64,000 bases of DNA from Macrostomum lignano (taxonomy: Eukaryota): the NCBI GenBank assembly GCA_002269645.1, contig NIVC01003689.1, positions 1 to 64,000 of the forward strand. Direction: 5' to 3'. The first letter of the stretch is position 1. Each line of letters begins with the position of its first letter. The translations under genes and the position numbers were made by a program. The notes under the pieces were generated by a model. The model saw nothing but the letters and a program-made list of their open reading frames with translations. It made no database searches and was not told where the DNA came from. Below, piece by piece: positions 49,445 through 64,000 of this stretch.

Positions 49445-49640
49445 AGTGAGGGTAGGGTGAGATAAGTGAGGGTAGAGTGAGATTAGGTGAGGGTAGGGTG
49501 AGAGTAGGTGAGGGTAGAGTGAGATAAGGTGAGGTTAGAGTGAGACAAGGGAGTGAGAAGTGAGGGTAGGGTGAGAGTAGGTGAGGGTACGGTGAGATTA
49601 GGGGGTGAGAAGTGAGGGTATGGTGAGAGTAGGAGGTAGG
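49445..49640. repeat. Continuation of the purine-rich 21-bp minisatellite
   Basis: Same unit as 44925-45785, more diverged. Confidence 0.8.
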
Positions 49641-50504
49641 GTCAGACTGATGAAGCAAGTAAACAGTGCCAAATCAAAGGCGGTAGTTACCTCACCCGCA
49701 GCAGTAAAGTCCTACCAAAAAAATTATTATGATTATAATCTGCAGCCAGCTGAGAATTTAACGACTTTCGCGTACACGCAAAATGAGCGTCGCCTGCGAA
49801 TTAATACCCAAATTTGAGCGCGTAAAACAGGTCTTTGAATCCATCGATTCCCGAATCAGGGACAGCACAGCCGCCAGAGCTTAGCGAGGGATTATTGCCT
49901 AGCATATGAAGCTGCCACAGCAAGCAGAGGCATTAAAGACACTGACGCAGCTATCAGATCCTTGCACAGTTATAAAAATTTCCCCACAAATTTAGAGGAG
50001 AAAGTGATCTTTTTAACCCCCATATTATCGGGCATAAAAGTGCCAGTCAATGATTTGGAAAACAACAATAAAAAGCTTTAGTAAATTTATTATTAAAATC
50101 GTAGTTATTAACATTGTTGTTGGTTGCTGTGCAAGCAGAGAGGCGAGTTGTTGAAATAAATAACATAAAATAAATTTATACTTATATTTGATTAAACAAT
50201 ATAGATCTAATTTGACAGGCAAACTTATAAAATGATCAATTATATTGATATACTAATAAATATACTAATATTGATTATACTTCAACAGTATATAATAAAC
50301 AAATATGAAAACACAAATGGTGACCTTGAGTGTCGGGTAGGTCAGATGTGCCGGATGAAAAGCTCATTGTTTAGTTGATTGATACCAGCGTAGCCAATAA
50401 GCGCAACTAATATATAAGATTGAGTATTAAACAGTTCGAGTGAGACGACTTGGGGTTTTACTAATAGAAAATTGTTCGATAGCTGTCTGTAATATTGCGG
50501 ATTG

Positions 50505-51275
50505 AGAAGAGCGAGTGAGAAGTAGGGTGAGATCAAGAGCGAGTGAGAAGTAGGGTGAGATCAAGAGCGAGCGAGAAGTATGGTGAGATCAAGAGTGAGT
50601 GAGAAGTATGGTGAGATCAAGAGTGAGTGAGAAGTAGGGTGAGATCAAGAGTGAGTGAGAAGTATGGTGAGATCAAGAGCGAGTGAGAAGTATGGTGAGA
50701 TCAAGAGTGACTGAGAAGTAGGGTGAGATCAAGAGCGAGTGAGAAGTAGGGTGAGATCAAGAGGGAGTGAGAAGTAGGGTGAGATCAAGAGCGAGTGAGA
50801 AGTAGGGTGAGATCAAGAGCGAGTGAGAAGTAGGGTGAGATCAAGAGCAAGTGAGAAGTAGGGTGAGATCAAGAGCGAGTGAGAAGTAGGGTGAGATCAA
50901 GAGCGAGTGAGAAGTAGGGTGAGATCAAGAGTGAGAAGTAGGGTGAGATCAAGAGCAAGTGAGAAGTAGGGTGAGATCAAGAGCGAGTGAGAAGTAGGGT
51001 GAGATCAAGAGCGAGTGAGAAGTAGGGTGAGATCAAGAGCGAGTGAGAAGTAGGGTGAGATCAAGAGCGAGTGAGAAGTAGGGTGAGATCAAGAGTGAGA
51101 AGTAGGGTGAGATCAAGAGCAAGTGAGAAGTAGGGTGAGATCAAGAGCGAGTGAGAAGTAGGGTGAGATCAAGAGCGAGTGAGAAGTAGGGTGAGATCAA
51201 GAGTGAGTGAGAAGTATGGTGAGATCAAGAGCGAGTGAGAAGTATGGTGAGATCAATAGTGAGAAGTAGGGTGAG
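50505..51275. repeat. 28-bp minisatellite GAGTGAGAAGTAGGGTGAGATCAAGAGC
   Basis: About 27 copies. Confidence 0.95.
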
Positions 51276-51801
51276 AAGCTTCTGTCACCAGGATATTAAC
51301 AAAAATCGAAATTAAATATAAGGAAAAATACACAAAACGTTTTAGGAACCCGAACAAATTTAAAGTGGGCAAACAAGCAGTCAGTATAAATATATAAATA
51401 TGACAAATAAAATAGCAAAAGAAAAAAACACGATGGAGTATTGACTCGACTCGCAATATGAAAATGTTTTGTATAATTTCCATTTGGTTTTGTTGAAAGG
51501 CAAATTTTGAAGTTCAAACACAAAAATTAACAGGCTCATTTGTTATGAAAACCGTAGGATTCGAGTCTGGGACTTAACTATTGAAGCCCTACAAGCATAC
51601 ATAAAGCACTGCAGTATATAACATGTACATGCAAAATAGAAGCCAAACTATCAATCAAAGTGCATTAAGCCTGGCTGACAATAGGAGATAAAAATGATTA
51701 AGTATAATATATAATATTAAGCGACTGTCATTCTGTCTGATTAATTTTTTTTGCAATATTTTATTTAAAGCGCTTAAAGTACTCAAGATTTTGCCAACTA
51801 C

Positions 51802-55419
<3,618 letters not shown>

Positions 55420-55439
55420 CTAGAATTGCCACTCCCTGA

Positions 55440-55760
55440 GTCGATGGTCATACACTGAAATCCCATGGTCATACACTGAAATCCTATGGTCATACACTGA
55501 AATCCCATGGTCATACACTGAAATCCCATGGTCATACACTGAAATCCTATGGTCATACACTGAAATCCCATGGTCATACACTGAAATCCCATGGTCATAC
55601 ACTGAAATCCCATGGTCATACACTGAAATCCTATGGTCATACACTGAAATCCCATGGTCATACACTGAAATCCCATGGTCATACACTGAAATCCTATGGT
55701 CATACACTGAAACCCCATGGTCATACACTAAAATCCCATGGTCATACACTGAAATCCTAT
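55440..55760. repeat. 21-bp minisatellite CATGGTCATACACTGAAATCC
   Basis: About 15 copies upstream of the Ral ATG. Confidence 0.93.
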
Positions 55761-56464
55761 TGATAACAGGTGAAATTTAAAAAGTAATAAAGTCAAAACG
55801 TTTTAGATTTAGATCGAAGGAACAAAGCAAAATAAAACACATGCATCTTTTGTTTATAGAAATTATTTTCAAAATGCTTAACGACATTTTAAATACGATA
55901 ACAAAAGTACATACGTATACATAATATACAGAAATCTATTGTGTATCTATTGTATATAATAAGAAAGCACATTGACGACAAAAAAACTCGTTAAAAACTA
56001 TAAAATGACTGCTACTTTAAATATATGCATTGCGCTAATTACTATGAAATTATATATAAACATACAACAAGAAAATCTAAATAATTAACATTGATTTTAT
56101 CATACACACAGATATAGTACATGTAGACACTATATTCTCAACTACTTAAAAAGTATTATTATGGCTTCAATTATTAGAACGACAATTATATCACATAGGG
56201 ATTGTATAGGTTTATTCAACAGTCGAAAACCCATGACAGAAGTATTTGTTAATTCTCTTCCAAACGGAGACCCATGAGTGTCCCGGATTTTAAAGAAAAC
56301 TCTGGCTTAAAACTTAAAAATAAAACATAAATTTCTGCCGAGATCTGCTGAGATTCGACATTGATATTTCGTATCATCAATGACAGCATCCACTACTATA
56401 AAAGCTTGAAACCAATTCATCTGCTTTAGGTATCGATTTTTCTGAGATCCAAGATTATAACGAT

Positions 56465-56920
56465 CACAGCTTGTGAAGTTTCAAGCTTGTGAAATTTCGA
56501 GCTGATAAAAGTTCGAGCTTGTAAAGTTTCGAACTGATAAAGTTTCGAGCTTGTGAAGTTTCGAACTGATAAAGTCTCGAGCTTGTGAAGTTTCGAACTG
56601 ATAAAGTTTCGAGCTTGTGAAGTTTCGAACTGATAAAGTTTCGAGCTTGTGAAGTTTCGAGCTTGTGAAGTTTCGAACTGATAAAGTTTCGAGCTGATAA
56701 AATTTCGAGCTGATAAAAGTTCGAGCTTGTTAAGTTTCGAACTGATAAAGTTTCGAGCTGATAAAATTTCGAGCTGATAAAAGTTCGAGCTTGTTAAGTT
56801 TCGAACTGATAAAGTTTCGAGCTGATAAAGTTTCGAGCTGATAAAATTTCGAGCTGATAAAATTTCGAGCTGATAAAAGTTCGAGCTTGTGAAGTTTCGA
56901 ACTGATAAAGTTTCGAGTTT
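56465..56920. repeat. 15-16-bp TTTCGAGCTGATAAA / TTTCGAGCTTGTGAAG minisatellite
   Basis: Direct inspection. Confidence 0.9.
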
Positions 56921-57144
56921 AGGAAACATCCGGATGAAAGACAATTTAATAATCAAATCGTTAAAAAATTCTTCATTCTAAAAAAAGTATTTAAATGTCC
57001 TGAAGGTTGCGACAATTGTGTGAAACCAGGTTTTTAACCAATCTGTAAATTTCCTGTGCCTGCATGGCTGCTCCGTTCTGGCGCAAAAAAGACTGTTTAA
57101 AAAATTAATCAGTTAAGTTCATTAACTACCGAGTACGATGTTAA

Positions 57145-58683
57145 CTAAACTGGCAATAAATCTTCCAGACAGGACATCACAGCGGTGGCGTGACTCGCCA
57201 GCATCGAGGCCCACAGTGTCACCTCGCCATTCACCGTGAAATCGTCGCCTTGTGACTGCTCGCCTTCACGGTCTTTAGACGAGCACAAACCAGCAAGCCA
57301 AGCGTCACTTGATGGTCGACAGCCTTCATGGCTACTACTAGCAGTAGCATCAGCAGCATTCGCCGATTGTTTAACAATTAGTTTAGAAGCCAGCTCGGGA
57401 ACTGTGCCAGCAGAGTTAGGCAGCAAATTCAACTCTTCAATAACCATCCAGATGTCCCACTTAGCAACTAAAGAAGCCGTGACTAAATCCGATCGGACAG
57501 AATCGCCAAAGTAGGCAATCTTTCTGGATTGAGTTTTATCATCACATTGTCCAAGAAATTTCCATTCAAATTCTTCCGCACAACCGCTGATGTAAGCTTT
57601 ACCCCGACCGAATGGAAGGCGTTCGAAGCTTTCGTAGCTGCTGTAGTAACTAGCCGAGCTTGAATAATACGATTTGGACTTTTTCATAAAAAAGTTCGGC
57701 TTCCCAGCCTCCAACAGGCAGGCGTCGAATAAATCCGGCCAGTCCTGACCCAGAATGTGCTCAAGATGTCTGGCAGCGAACTGAGCCTCAGAGGATGATA
57801 ATAAAAAGACATAAATGCCGCGTTGGCGAAGCTGTTTGAGCAGCACTCGAACTCCGGAGGTCACCGGGCACAGGTAAGCGCTGGGATTAGCTAATACATA
57901 TTTAAAATAAGCGCCATCATCTGAGTAGACGTGAAGCAAAGCTGAGTAGCAATCCTGCCAAAGGCTGCTGCAGTCAGTCAGTGGGGTGGTTCGATTCTCT
58001 TCTGCCAAGTCCACCTGTTGATGAAGCCAACTTGCTTTTAGTTGAATATCAGCACGTATATGTAGCATCATACTGTACTGCACTGTACTGTACTGTACTG
58101 CAACCCACCTGGCCATTTTCAGTTTTTTGTGCTCACAAAGCCCCAAATGAATGTGGCTGCGCAACCAGAGGTGGTCCTGGAGCCCCCCCCTTCCCCAACG
58201 CACCAATTTAGCGAATATCAAACTGCCAGGCAAGTCGTAGTGAGTATCCTGAAATCGATAGCGACCATCTCGTTCGTGTCGATAGCCGCTATTGAGAACG
58301 GCTTGAGCAAACGGCGGCCGACCGTCTGGCGGATAAGCTAATTTAGCGTCCAACTGTTTGCTGCCGTGACAAACTCTCAATGCTGCACCTGTGGGCGACA
58401 TCAAAAGCAGATTGCCGCCTATTTTGTCTAAAATAGCGGCCCTACTCATTAAGCCACACTCAATTGGCGATGACCAGTCAAGACTGCGCAGATGATCGGG
58501 ATAGCCGCGATGCTTAACTAAATAGTCTGCCAATTGAACGTAAACTAGACTGACCAGATTGCGCAACTGATAACGGCCCAGCGTGAGATCGATGTCGAAA
58601 CCGACTGCGTCGTAGTCAAACAGACGCTCCATATTTATTTGGTGTTGTCTGACTAACCGACTAAATGGACGGAGTCGGTGCAT
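57145..58683 (-). CDS. NT5DC1: HAD-superfamily 5'-nucleotidase domain protein (NT5DC1-like), ~449 aa, 2 exons
   Basis: Motif I GFDIDLTLGRY; later AGKPNFF and YFGDSVRSDL. Exons 58683-58204 and 58014-57145; in-frame 189-nt intron (ttg|GTGCGT...CAACAG|gtg) whose removal restores FAKLVDL. Arg-rich N-terminus resembles a mitochondrial presequence. Confidence 0.88.
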   Translation of the reverse strand: MHRLRPFSRLVRQHQINMERLFDYDAVGFDIDLTLGRYQLRNLVSLVYVQLADYLVKHRGYPDHLRSLDWSSPIECGLMSRAAILDKIGGNLLLMSPTGAALRVCHGSKQLDAKLAYPPDGRPPFAQAVLNSGYRHERDGRYRFQDTHYDLPGSLIFAKLVRWGRGGLQDHLWLRSHIHLGLCEHKKLKMARWVAVQYSTVQYSMMLHIRADIQLKASWLHQQVDLAEENRTTPLTDCSSLWQDCYSALLHVYSDDGAYFKYVLANPSAYLCPVTSGVRVLLKQLRQRGIYVFLLSSSEAQFAARHLEHILGQDWPDLFDACLLEAGKPNFFMKKSKSYYSSSASYYSSYESFERLPFGRGKAYISGCAEEFEWKFLGQCDDKTQSRKIAYFGDSVRSDLVTASLVAKWDIWMVIEELNLLPNSAGTVPELASKLIVKQSANAADATASSSHEGCRPSSDAWLAGLCSSKDREGEQSQGDDFTVNGEVTLWASMLASHATAVMSCLEDLLPV

Positions 58684-59081
58684 GAAATAATAATCAAAAA
58701 TCGGAGTGCTAGTGGGTATCGAGATGAGATGAATATTTAAAATTTGTCATGATTCATGACTTAGACTTTTAGTGTTGGAATCAGTAGTCTTAGTCTTAGA
58801 TTCTTAGTCTTAGACCCTTATTGTTACCATCTTAGTTTTACACTCTTAGTCTTAAACTAGCAATCTACGCCCCCCGTTGGGGAGCCAAATAAATGCAATA
58901 CACGTTTTTTTAATAAGCTACATGTATCCTTGAAATCTTAAAAAATCTCCTGTCAAACCTTGTAAGCCTTGACATGTCAGTAATTCCCCCCCCCACAAGC
59001 TTTGACATATCAACTTCCCCCCTTGACATCTCAGCAATGCCCCCAATAAGCCTTGGAAATCTAAAAATATCTGTCAACCTT

Positions 59082-59144
59082 CTAACCCTAGCCTAACCCT
59101 AACCCTAACCCTAGCCCTAACCCTAACCCTAACCCTAACCTAAC
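59082..59144. repeat. Interstitial telomeric repeat (CCCTAA)n
   Basis: About 10 hexamers with occasional CCCTAG variants, inside the Helitron. Confidence 0.85.
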
Positions 59145-59989
59145 ATTGAAATTTCAGTAATTCTCTCTAAGAGTCACTATAGCACTACTACAGCATTATA
59201 GCGATTTCCTGCAAGCCTCGACATCGTAGGGATTCCCAAATGAATCTCTTAACTTCGACATGAAGCTTCTTTTATTTTTTACATTACGCTTTTTTTATCA
59301 GCGATCCCTCCCCTGAGGAGGCATCAAATAATGTAATAAAAAGTTTTCAATAAACTACATGTAGCTTCTGACTTTAGCCTTGAAATCTCATTTATACCCC
59401 GTGAGCCTTGACATCTCAGCTATTCCCCCCGTAAGCCTTAACATGTCAGCGATGGCCTCCATAAACCTTGAAATCTAAAAAATCCCCTGTTATTCTGTTA
59501 ACCTTGAAACCCGATAAAATATAACCCTCAACCCACACCTGACCTAAACCTAACTTTAACCCAACCTAAAGCCTTGAAATCTCAGCAATTCTTCTCCCCT
59601 AAGCCTTGACATTTTAGTGATTCCTTCTTTAAGAATCACAGCACTATAACGATTTCCACCAAGCTTTGACATCGTAGCAATTCCCAAATGAATCTTTTAA
59701 CTTGAACATGACTTTTCTTTTATGTATAGCTCGTACATACGCTCGTAGTGCTACTTTTATTTTTTACATGACTCTTCTTCTATAAGCGCCTCCCGTGGCG
59801 AGCCAACAAAGAATGCAATAAAAAAATTGAGTAAAGTACATGAACTTTGAAGTAGCTTCTGACTTTTGCTTTGACATCTCAGAAACCCCCCCCGTAATCT
59901 CAGCAGTTATTCTCTGAGAGCCTTTACGTCTCAGTTTTTCTCCCCAGCACAGCATTATAGCTGCATTTAATTTTTGATTTTTATGATTT

Positions 59990-60950
59990 TCTATGATTTT
60001 TAAATGACGCTTCTACGATTTTTACATGACGCTTCTATGATTTTTTACATGACGCTTCTATGATTTTTACATGACGCTTCTATGATTGTTTACATGACGC
60101 TTCTATGATTGTTTACATGACGCTTCTATGATTCTTTACGTGACGCTTTTATGATTTTCACATGACGCTTCTATGATTTTTTAAATGACGCATCTATGAT
60201 TTTTATATGACGCTTCTATGATTTTTTTAAATGACGCTTCTATGATTGTTTACATGATGCTTCTATGATTTTTTAAATGACGCATCTATGATTTTTTTAC
60301 ATGACGCTTCTATGATTCTTTACATGACGCTTCTATGATTGTTTACATGACGCTACTATGATTTTTTTACATGATGCTTCTATGATTGTTTACATGATGC
60401 TTCTATGATTGTTTACATGACGCTACTATGATTTTTTTACATGATGCTTCTATGATTGTTTACATGACGCTTCTATGATTGTTTACATGACGCTTCTATG
60501 ATTTTTTCATGACGCTTCTATGATTGTTTACATGACGCTTCTATGATTTTTTACATGACGCTTCTATGATTTTTATATGACGCTTCTATGATTTTTTACA
60601 TGACGCTTCTATGATTGTTTACATGACGCTTCCATGATTTTTTAAATGACGCATCTATGATTTTTTTAAATGACGCTTCTACGATTTTTTACATGACGCT
60701 TCTATGATTGTTTACATGACGCTTCTATGATTTTTATATGATGCTTCTATGATTTTTTAAATGACGCTTCTATGATTGTTTACATGATGCTTCTGTGGTT
60801 TTTTAAATGACGCATCTATGATTTTTATATGATGCTTCTATGATTTTTTAAATGACGCATCTATGATTTTTATATGACGCTTCTATAATTTTTTATATGA
60901 CGCTTCTACGATTTTTTACATGACGCTACTATGATTTTTACATGACGCTT
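59990..60950. repeat. 23-25-bp minisatellite ATGACGCTTCTATGATTTTTTAC inside the Helitron
   Basis: About 40 copies. Confidence 0.93.
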
Positions 60951-61599
60951 CTTTTTAAAAAGTCTTTTAGTTTTCCTGACGTTGAAAAGCTTTAATTAAA
61001 AAAATTATACTCTATGAAAATTCGAACCATCGTCGCTGCATTTAGCAGTTCAGTCTGTTCACCTCTAGGCTAGTTCTCATCTTTTTGATAACATCAAATT
61101 TTGCACTTATATATATATATAATTCAACAGTTTAAAATCCAAGCATAGAGTAAATCACACGAAGCAGTTATGACATAATCAGTTTCTCAGTCAGTCAGTA
61201 TCAGTTAACAATATGGTTACGCAATTTAAATCAAGTCTGGTGCTACGCTTCCACACTGCATTTTCAATTCAAGTCGGAGTTACAATTCAGTGATGATGCA
61301 ATCTATTTCAGAACCAGAATTCAACCAGTCAGTTTTTTCTCTAGCATTCTTACAATGCATTTCAAGTCGAAAAGTTTGCTTGACCTTTGCAAAAAAGCAT
61401 GTTTTTCGAATATTTAGTGCCTTTAGCATCGAGCAATTTCTTAGCCGCGATGCATGTACAGTCACGGGAAAATTTCTGATCGAACAGTGCAAGTTTGAAC
61501 AAAATCGGTCCAGCCATTTTTTCTCTAATCGATCACATAGATAGATAGATAGATAGATAGATAGACACAGACAGACCATTTTTAGTATATAGGATTCTT

Positions 61600-61880
61600 A
61601 TTCGCAGACTCTTATTATTACTCTCAGTCTTAGACCCTTAGTCTTAGACTCAGTCTCATTTGTGTTTCAACAGGCTTTCATCATTCTTAGTCTAAGATTC
61701 TTAGACTTAGATTCCGTAGTCTTAGACTCTTAGTCCTAGATTCTTAGTCTTGGATTCTTAGTCTTAGCCCCTTAGTCTTAGACCCTTAGTCTTATATTCT
61801 TAGTCTGACTCTTAGTCCTAGATTCTTAGTCTTAGATTCTTAGTCTTAGACTCTTAGTTTCATTTGTGTTTCAACAGGCT
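61600..61880. repeat. TTAGTCTTAGACTC-type repeat (also 58760-58856)
   Basis: Split by the Helitron insertion. Confidence 0.8.
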
Positions 61881-62450
61881 TTCATCATTTTCACTTCGTG
61901 AAATCCACTCTATAGATAGATCTAAGAAATTAGCATTGGACATTACTGGTATTGGCATCTATATCTAAGAAAATCAGTATGCCAAATAACAAAAGTGATG
62001 TACAATGTAACCTTAATCTACAAAAAAACTAAGTGCATATCTATGATTCTTGAGTTTTCATAAATTAACAAACGAACGGGTCATTTATTTCTTTAAAATA
62101 TAGTTTCACCCAGCGGAGGAGCATAGATTACTAGTCTATTATACTAATTTGACAGTAAAATTAAAATACTAGGCATTACTTATCTACGTGCAAAATATCG
62201 GTCTCAAAACCCAATGGTGCGATTTCTAACAGTTTAGAAAAGAATGACAAACATAGGGGGCAATTTAACGCCCAGCCTATAGCGCCTGGCCACTGAGCAA
62301 TTTAGCAGACAACAGCCAATGAGAAAACGATACAGGCGCCATATGGAAGATGCAGTAAGTAGAGAAATGGGATCCTTATTTAATGAGCCATTCGAAAAAT
62401 CCAAATGATAATGAAACAGAAGCTTTGAGGGAAAAAACAAAACCGTTAGA

Positions 62451-62684
62451 ATGGCAAAATCACCTGGCCTGCTATCAATTACTATCGCGCTGCTTGTGGT
62501 CAGCAGCGAACTAAAGATCACAGCACAGGGCTGGCAGTGGACTAGAGCCAATATTAGCGTGAGTATTCAGCAATCAGCTTTGCCACACGGCAAACAAGGC
62601 CAAGATAGAATTGTTCGACTAGCCGGATTTTATGCTCCAAAGACGTCGAATGAAGCGTTCAACAGCAGTGGAAATCTGGTCAAG
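62451..62684 (+). CDS. Exon 1 of a secreted or type-I membrane protein, possibly PA-domain RING ligase (Goliath/RNF130-150-like); continues beyond the window
   Basis: ATG 62451, signal peptide MAKSPGLLSITIALLVVSS, N-glycosylation sequons (NIS, NSS), strong donor aag|gtaagc at 62685. ANISVS...GFYAP...SGNLV resembles the start of a PA domain. Family call is weak. Confidence 0.6.
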
Positions 62685-62819
62685 GTAAGCCAAATACGAG
62701 CTACAGGGTAAAAATGAAGATCGTGAGCTCTTTTTAAAAATAGATCGAAATATTTCCTATTCTGACAAATCGTTTCTTAAAAAGCTTAAGACTTCTGATC
62801 AAAAGTCGCATTAAATTAA

Positions 62820-64000
62820 AATCTGTAAGATATCTGACCAACAGTTGACAATTGTCAGTTAGTCTGTAAGATATCTGACCAACAGTTGACAGTTGTCAGT
62901 TAGTCTGTAAGATATCTGACCAACAGTTGACAATTGTCAGTAGTCTGTAAGATATCTGACCAACAGTTGACAATTGTCAGTTAGTCAGTAAGATATCTGA
63001 CCAACAGTTGACAATTGTCAGTAGTCTGTAAGATATCTGACCAACAGTTGACAATTGTCAGTCTGTAAGATATCTGACCAACAGTTGACAATTGTCAGTC
63101 TGTAAGATATCTGACCAACAGTTGACAATTGTCAGTTAGTCAGTAAGATATCTGACCAACAGTTGACAGTTGTCAGTCAGTCTGTAAGATATCTGACCAA
63201 CAGTTGACAATTGTCAGTCAGTAAGATATCTGACCAACAGTTGACAATTGTCAGTCTGTAAGATATCTGACCAACAGTTGACAGTTATCAGTCAGTCTGT
63301 AAGATATCTGACCAACAGTTGACAATTGTCAGTCAGTAAGATATCTGACCAACAGTTGACAATTGTCAGTCTGTAAGATATCTGACCAACAGTTGACAGT
63401 TGTCAGTAGTCTGTAAGATATCTGACCAACAGTTGACAGTTGTCAGTAGTCTGTAAGATATCTGACCAACAGTTGACAATTGTCAGTTAGTCTGTAAGAT
63501 ATCTGACCAACAGTTGACAATTGTCAGTAGTCTGTAAGATATCTGACCAACAGTTGACAATTGTCAGTAGTCTGTAAGATATCTGACCAACATTTGACAA
63601 TTGTCAGTCTGTAAGATATCTGACCAACAGTTGACAATTGTCAGTAGTCTGTAAGATATCTGACCAACAGTTGACAATTGTCAGTCTGTAAGATATCTGA
63701 CCAACAGTTGACAATTGTCAGTCTGTAAGATATCTGACCAACAGTTGATAGTTGTCAGTTAGTCTGTAAGATATCTGACCAACAGTTGACAGTTGTCAGT
63801 AGTCTGTAAGATATCTGACCAACAGTTGACAATTGTCAGTCTGTAAGATATCTGACCAACAGTTGACAATTGTCAGTCTGTAAGATATCTGACCAACAGT
63901 TGACAATTGTCAGTAGTCTGTAAGATATCTGACCAACAGTTGATAGTTGTCAGTTAGTCTGTAAGATATCTGACCAACAGTTGACAATTGTCAGTTAGTC
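62820..64000. repeat. 37-41-bp satellite GTAAGATATCTGACCAACAGTTGACAATTGTCAGT(TAGT)CT with internal palindrome
   Basis: About 30 copies running off the window end; contains the 12-bp palindrome TGACAATTGTCA. Confidence 0.95.

Larger units (their letters stand above)
58857..61594 (-). mobile_element. Complete non-autonomous Helitron (2.74 kb, copy 3)
   Basis: Minus strand A|TCCTATATACTAAA start with (TCTA)n; end hairpin GCTCCCC-AAC-GGGGGGC, then GTAGATTG, then CTAG|T. No TSD, A|T target. Both flanks are the same TTAGTCTTAGACTC-type repeat, indicating insertion into it. Confidence 0.8.

Noticed and set aside
42540-49660. Hammerhead ribozyme cores (CTGATGA at ~42546, ~43768, ~49647)
   Set aside because: No properly spaced GAAA with supporting stems.
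59082-59144. True chromosome end or fusion site
   Set aside because: Only ~10 hexamers, in one orientation, embedded within a Helitron.

Overview
Eukaryotic (animal) genomic DNA, not prokaryotic: spliced genes with GT-AG introns, TTAGGG-type repeats, and about half the window in distinct minisatellite arrays. This architecture suggests a free-living flatworm such as Macrostomum, which is an inference. Genes reconstructed by phase-consistent splicing: (+) a NALF/FAM155/NLF-1 NALCN auxiliary subunit with a 1-nt frame lesion in exon 1; (+) a compact MPP8/MPHOSPH8-like chromodomain-ankyrin-C-terminal-domain protein (HUSH-type); (+) an intronless 1174-aa coiled-coil/repeat protein, possibly ICE1; (+) a 106-aa secreted prepropeptide releasing a CC-X6-CC peptide that the ORF track misses; (-) a Ral GTPase; (-) an NT5DC1-like HAD nucleotidase with a stop-free in-frame intron; (+) exon 1 of a probable PA-domain membrane protein. 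Mobile DNA: two mariner MITEs (one nested in a probable Harbinger-type MITE), a CORE-SINE, a Ginger/GIN-type integrase relic interrupted by a Harbinger/ISL2EU relic with permuted inverted repeats, a non-autonomous Helitron family carrying telomeric repeats and a minisatellite, and a 3.6-kb TIR-bounded unit inside a minisatellite. Most long ORFs in the supplied track are artefacts of tandem repeats. Family assignments come from remembered motifs; no database search was run.
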